Shown: piece after piece, positions 63,199 to 64,000 of the stretch
Layout: each line of letters begins with the position of its first letter
Numbering within the stretch: the first letter of the stretch is position 1
Assembly (NCBI GenBank): GCA_965215565.1
Contig: CBDCDZ010000004.1
Coordinates: 2,784,001-2,848,000 of the forward strand
Reading direction: 5' to 3'
Source of the DNA: Trueperaceae bacterium
GTDB taxonomy: Bacteria; Deinococcota; Deinococci; Deinococcales; Trueperaceae
DNA: 64,000 nt
Program-made: the position numbers and the translations under genes
The notes under the pieces: generated by a model
What the model was told of the DNA's origin: nothing
Seen by the model: the letters and a program-made list of their open reading frames with translations, nothing else
The model's database searches: none

Positions 63199-63459
63199 GG
63201 TGTCTCCCTATAGGGTTGTGCTAGTTTTCTAGGTCGTATGCTCGGCGTGATTTTTTAAGCACGAAACTTCTCGAGGCTGCGCCGAAACGCGCCCTGAGCA
63301 AGTCGCATAAAGGTAAAAAATCTGGGTCATAGCTGTCTGAGTCATAACGTGGGGTAGGCACGTGGGCTCTAACAAATATAGGAGTATACCAGAGCGCGGC
63401 GGGGTAGGGGTAGTCTGTCTGGCACAACCGCGCCGCGCACGCTATAAAAAATGCAACAC

Positions 63460-63491
63460 AAAAACCGACATTCACTCGGGGAATGTCGGTT
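63460..63491 (-). terminator. Intrinsic terminator
   Basis: AACCGACATTC-N7-GAATGTCGGTT with T-tract on the minus strand. Confidence 0.7.
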
Positions 63492-63519
63492 GGGGCTCGA
63501 GCCCTACTTGGTGGTGTTC

Positions 63520-63795
63520 TCAACGCGGTTTCGGTGTGTCTTCCTTTGCGATCACAAACTCGTACTTGAGTAAAAGCGCCCCGACGAAGGCGACGATCAC
63601 GAGCGGCGCGGCCACCATGACGAGACCTAGAACGACGAGCCCGGCGAGCAGCAGCGGCGTGCTGAGGCGCGTTTCGCCCTCCTTATCCTTAACGATAAAA
63701 AGTCTGCGCTCCGTACCCAGACGCGCGTAGATTTGCTGCTCGAGGTCTCTGGCTAGAACGCTTCCGCGCTCCCACATCCTTTTGACTTCGTCCAT
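63520..63795 (-). CDS. DUF4342-like membrane protein
   Basis: RRLFIVKDKEGETRLSTPL followed by a hydrophobic segment. Confidence 0.65.
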   Translation of the reverse strand: MDEVKRMWERGSVLARDLEQQIYARLGTERRLFIVKDKEGETRLSTPLLLAGLVVLGLVMVAAPLVIVAFVGALLLKYEFVIAKEDTPKPR

Positions 63796-63811
63796 AAGCA
63801 CAATCTACCCG

Positions 63812-64000
63812 CTAAACGTCTGTCGGGTTGTCGTATGAAGCGTCGGGCGGCGTCTTGTCCCCGAGACTACCGGACGAAGAGGTCTCTGCCAACTTGACGC
63901 CTTCCGCGCGCCGCTCCACGGACAGCATTAGGTTCGCCGCGAGTGCGGCGATTGCGCCGACGCCCGCCCACACGGGTAAAAGCAGCGCACCGACGACGCC
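63812..64000 (-). CDS. DUF4342-like protein, C-terminal part (begins beyond window)
   Basis: Manual translation GVVGALLLPVWAGVGAIAALAANLMLSVERR...NPTDV*. Confidence 0.6.
   Translation of the reverse strand, partial: GVVGALLLPVWAGVGAIAALAANLMLSVERRAEGVKLAETSSSGSLGDKTPPDASYDNPTDV

Overview
Chromosomal window of a high-GC bacterium, most likely Deinococcota and Truepera-like (inferred from a DdrH-like gene and many apparently leaderless TAnnnT-N5-7-ATG starts). The backbone carries housekeeping and repair genes (ruvB, uvrB, uvrA, ppk1, mgsA, ribD, sdaAA/AB, hup, ndh) and a sugar ABC transporter with a GH13 glucosidase. There are two accessory loci. (1) 17.2-24.6 kb: a BTAD-NB-ARC-TPR regulator, a subtilisin-like lipoprotein, a His-Cys (caspase/gingipain-like) lipoprotein, a Pro/Trp-rich lipoprotein and a 32-aa secreted propeptide with predicted mature form GLRVRGG; this is a candidate peptide-signalling circuit. 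(2) 40-49.7 kb: a toxin-antitoxin island with five two-gene modules plus orphans, a foreign-looking ~850-aa protein ending in GNAT-like domains, a Nudix-fold gene and a duplicated RES 3' end. Non-coding DNA holds a MITE-like family (5-6 copies, one expanded by nested hairpins), GTAG-type REP doublets flanking ggt, a heptamer palindrome, and a strong excess of CTCGAG (about 115-120 counted by eye). No rRNA, tRNA, CRISPR array, integrase or transposase was recognised. All calls come from motif recognition only, with no database searches.
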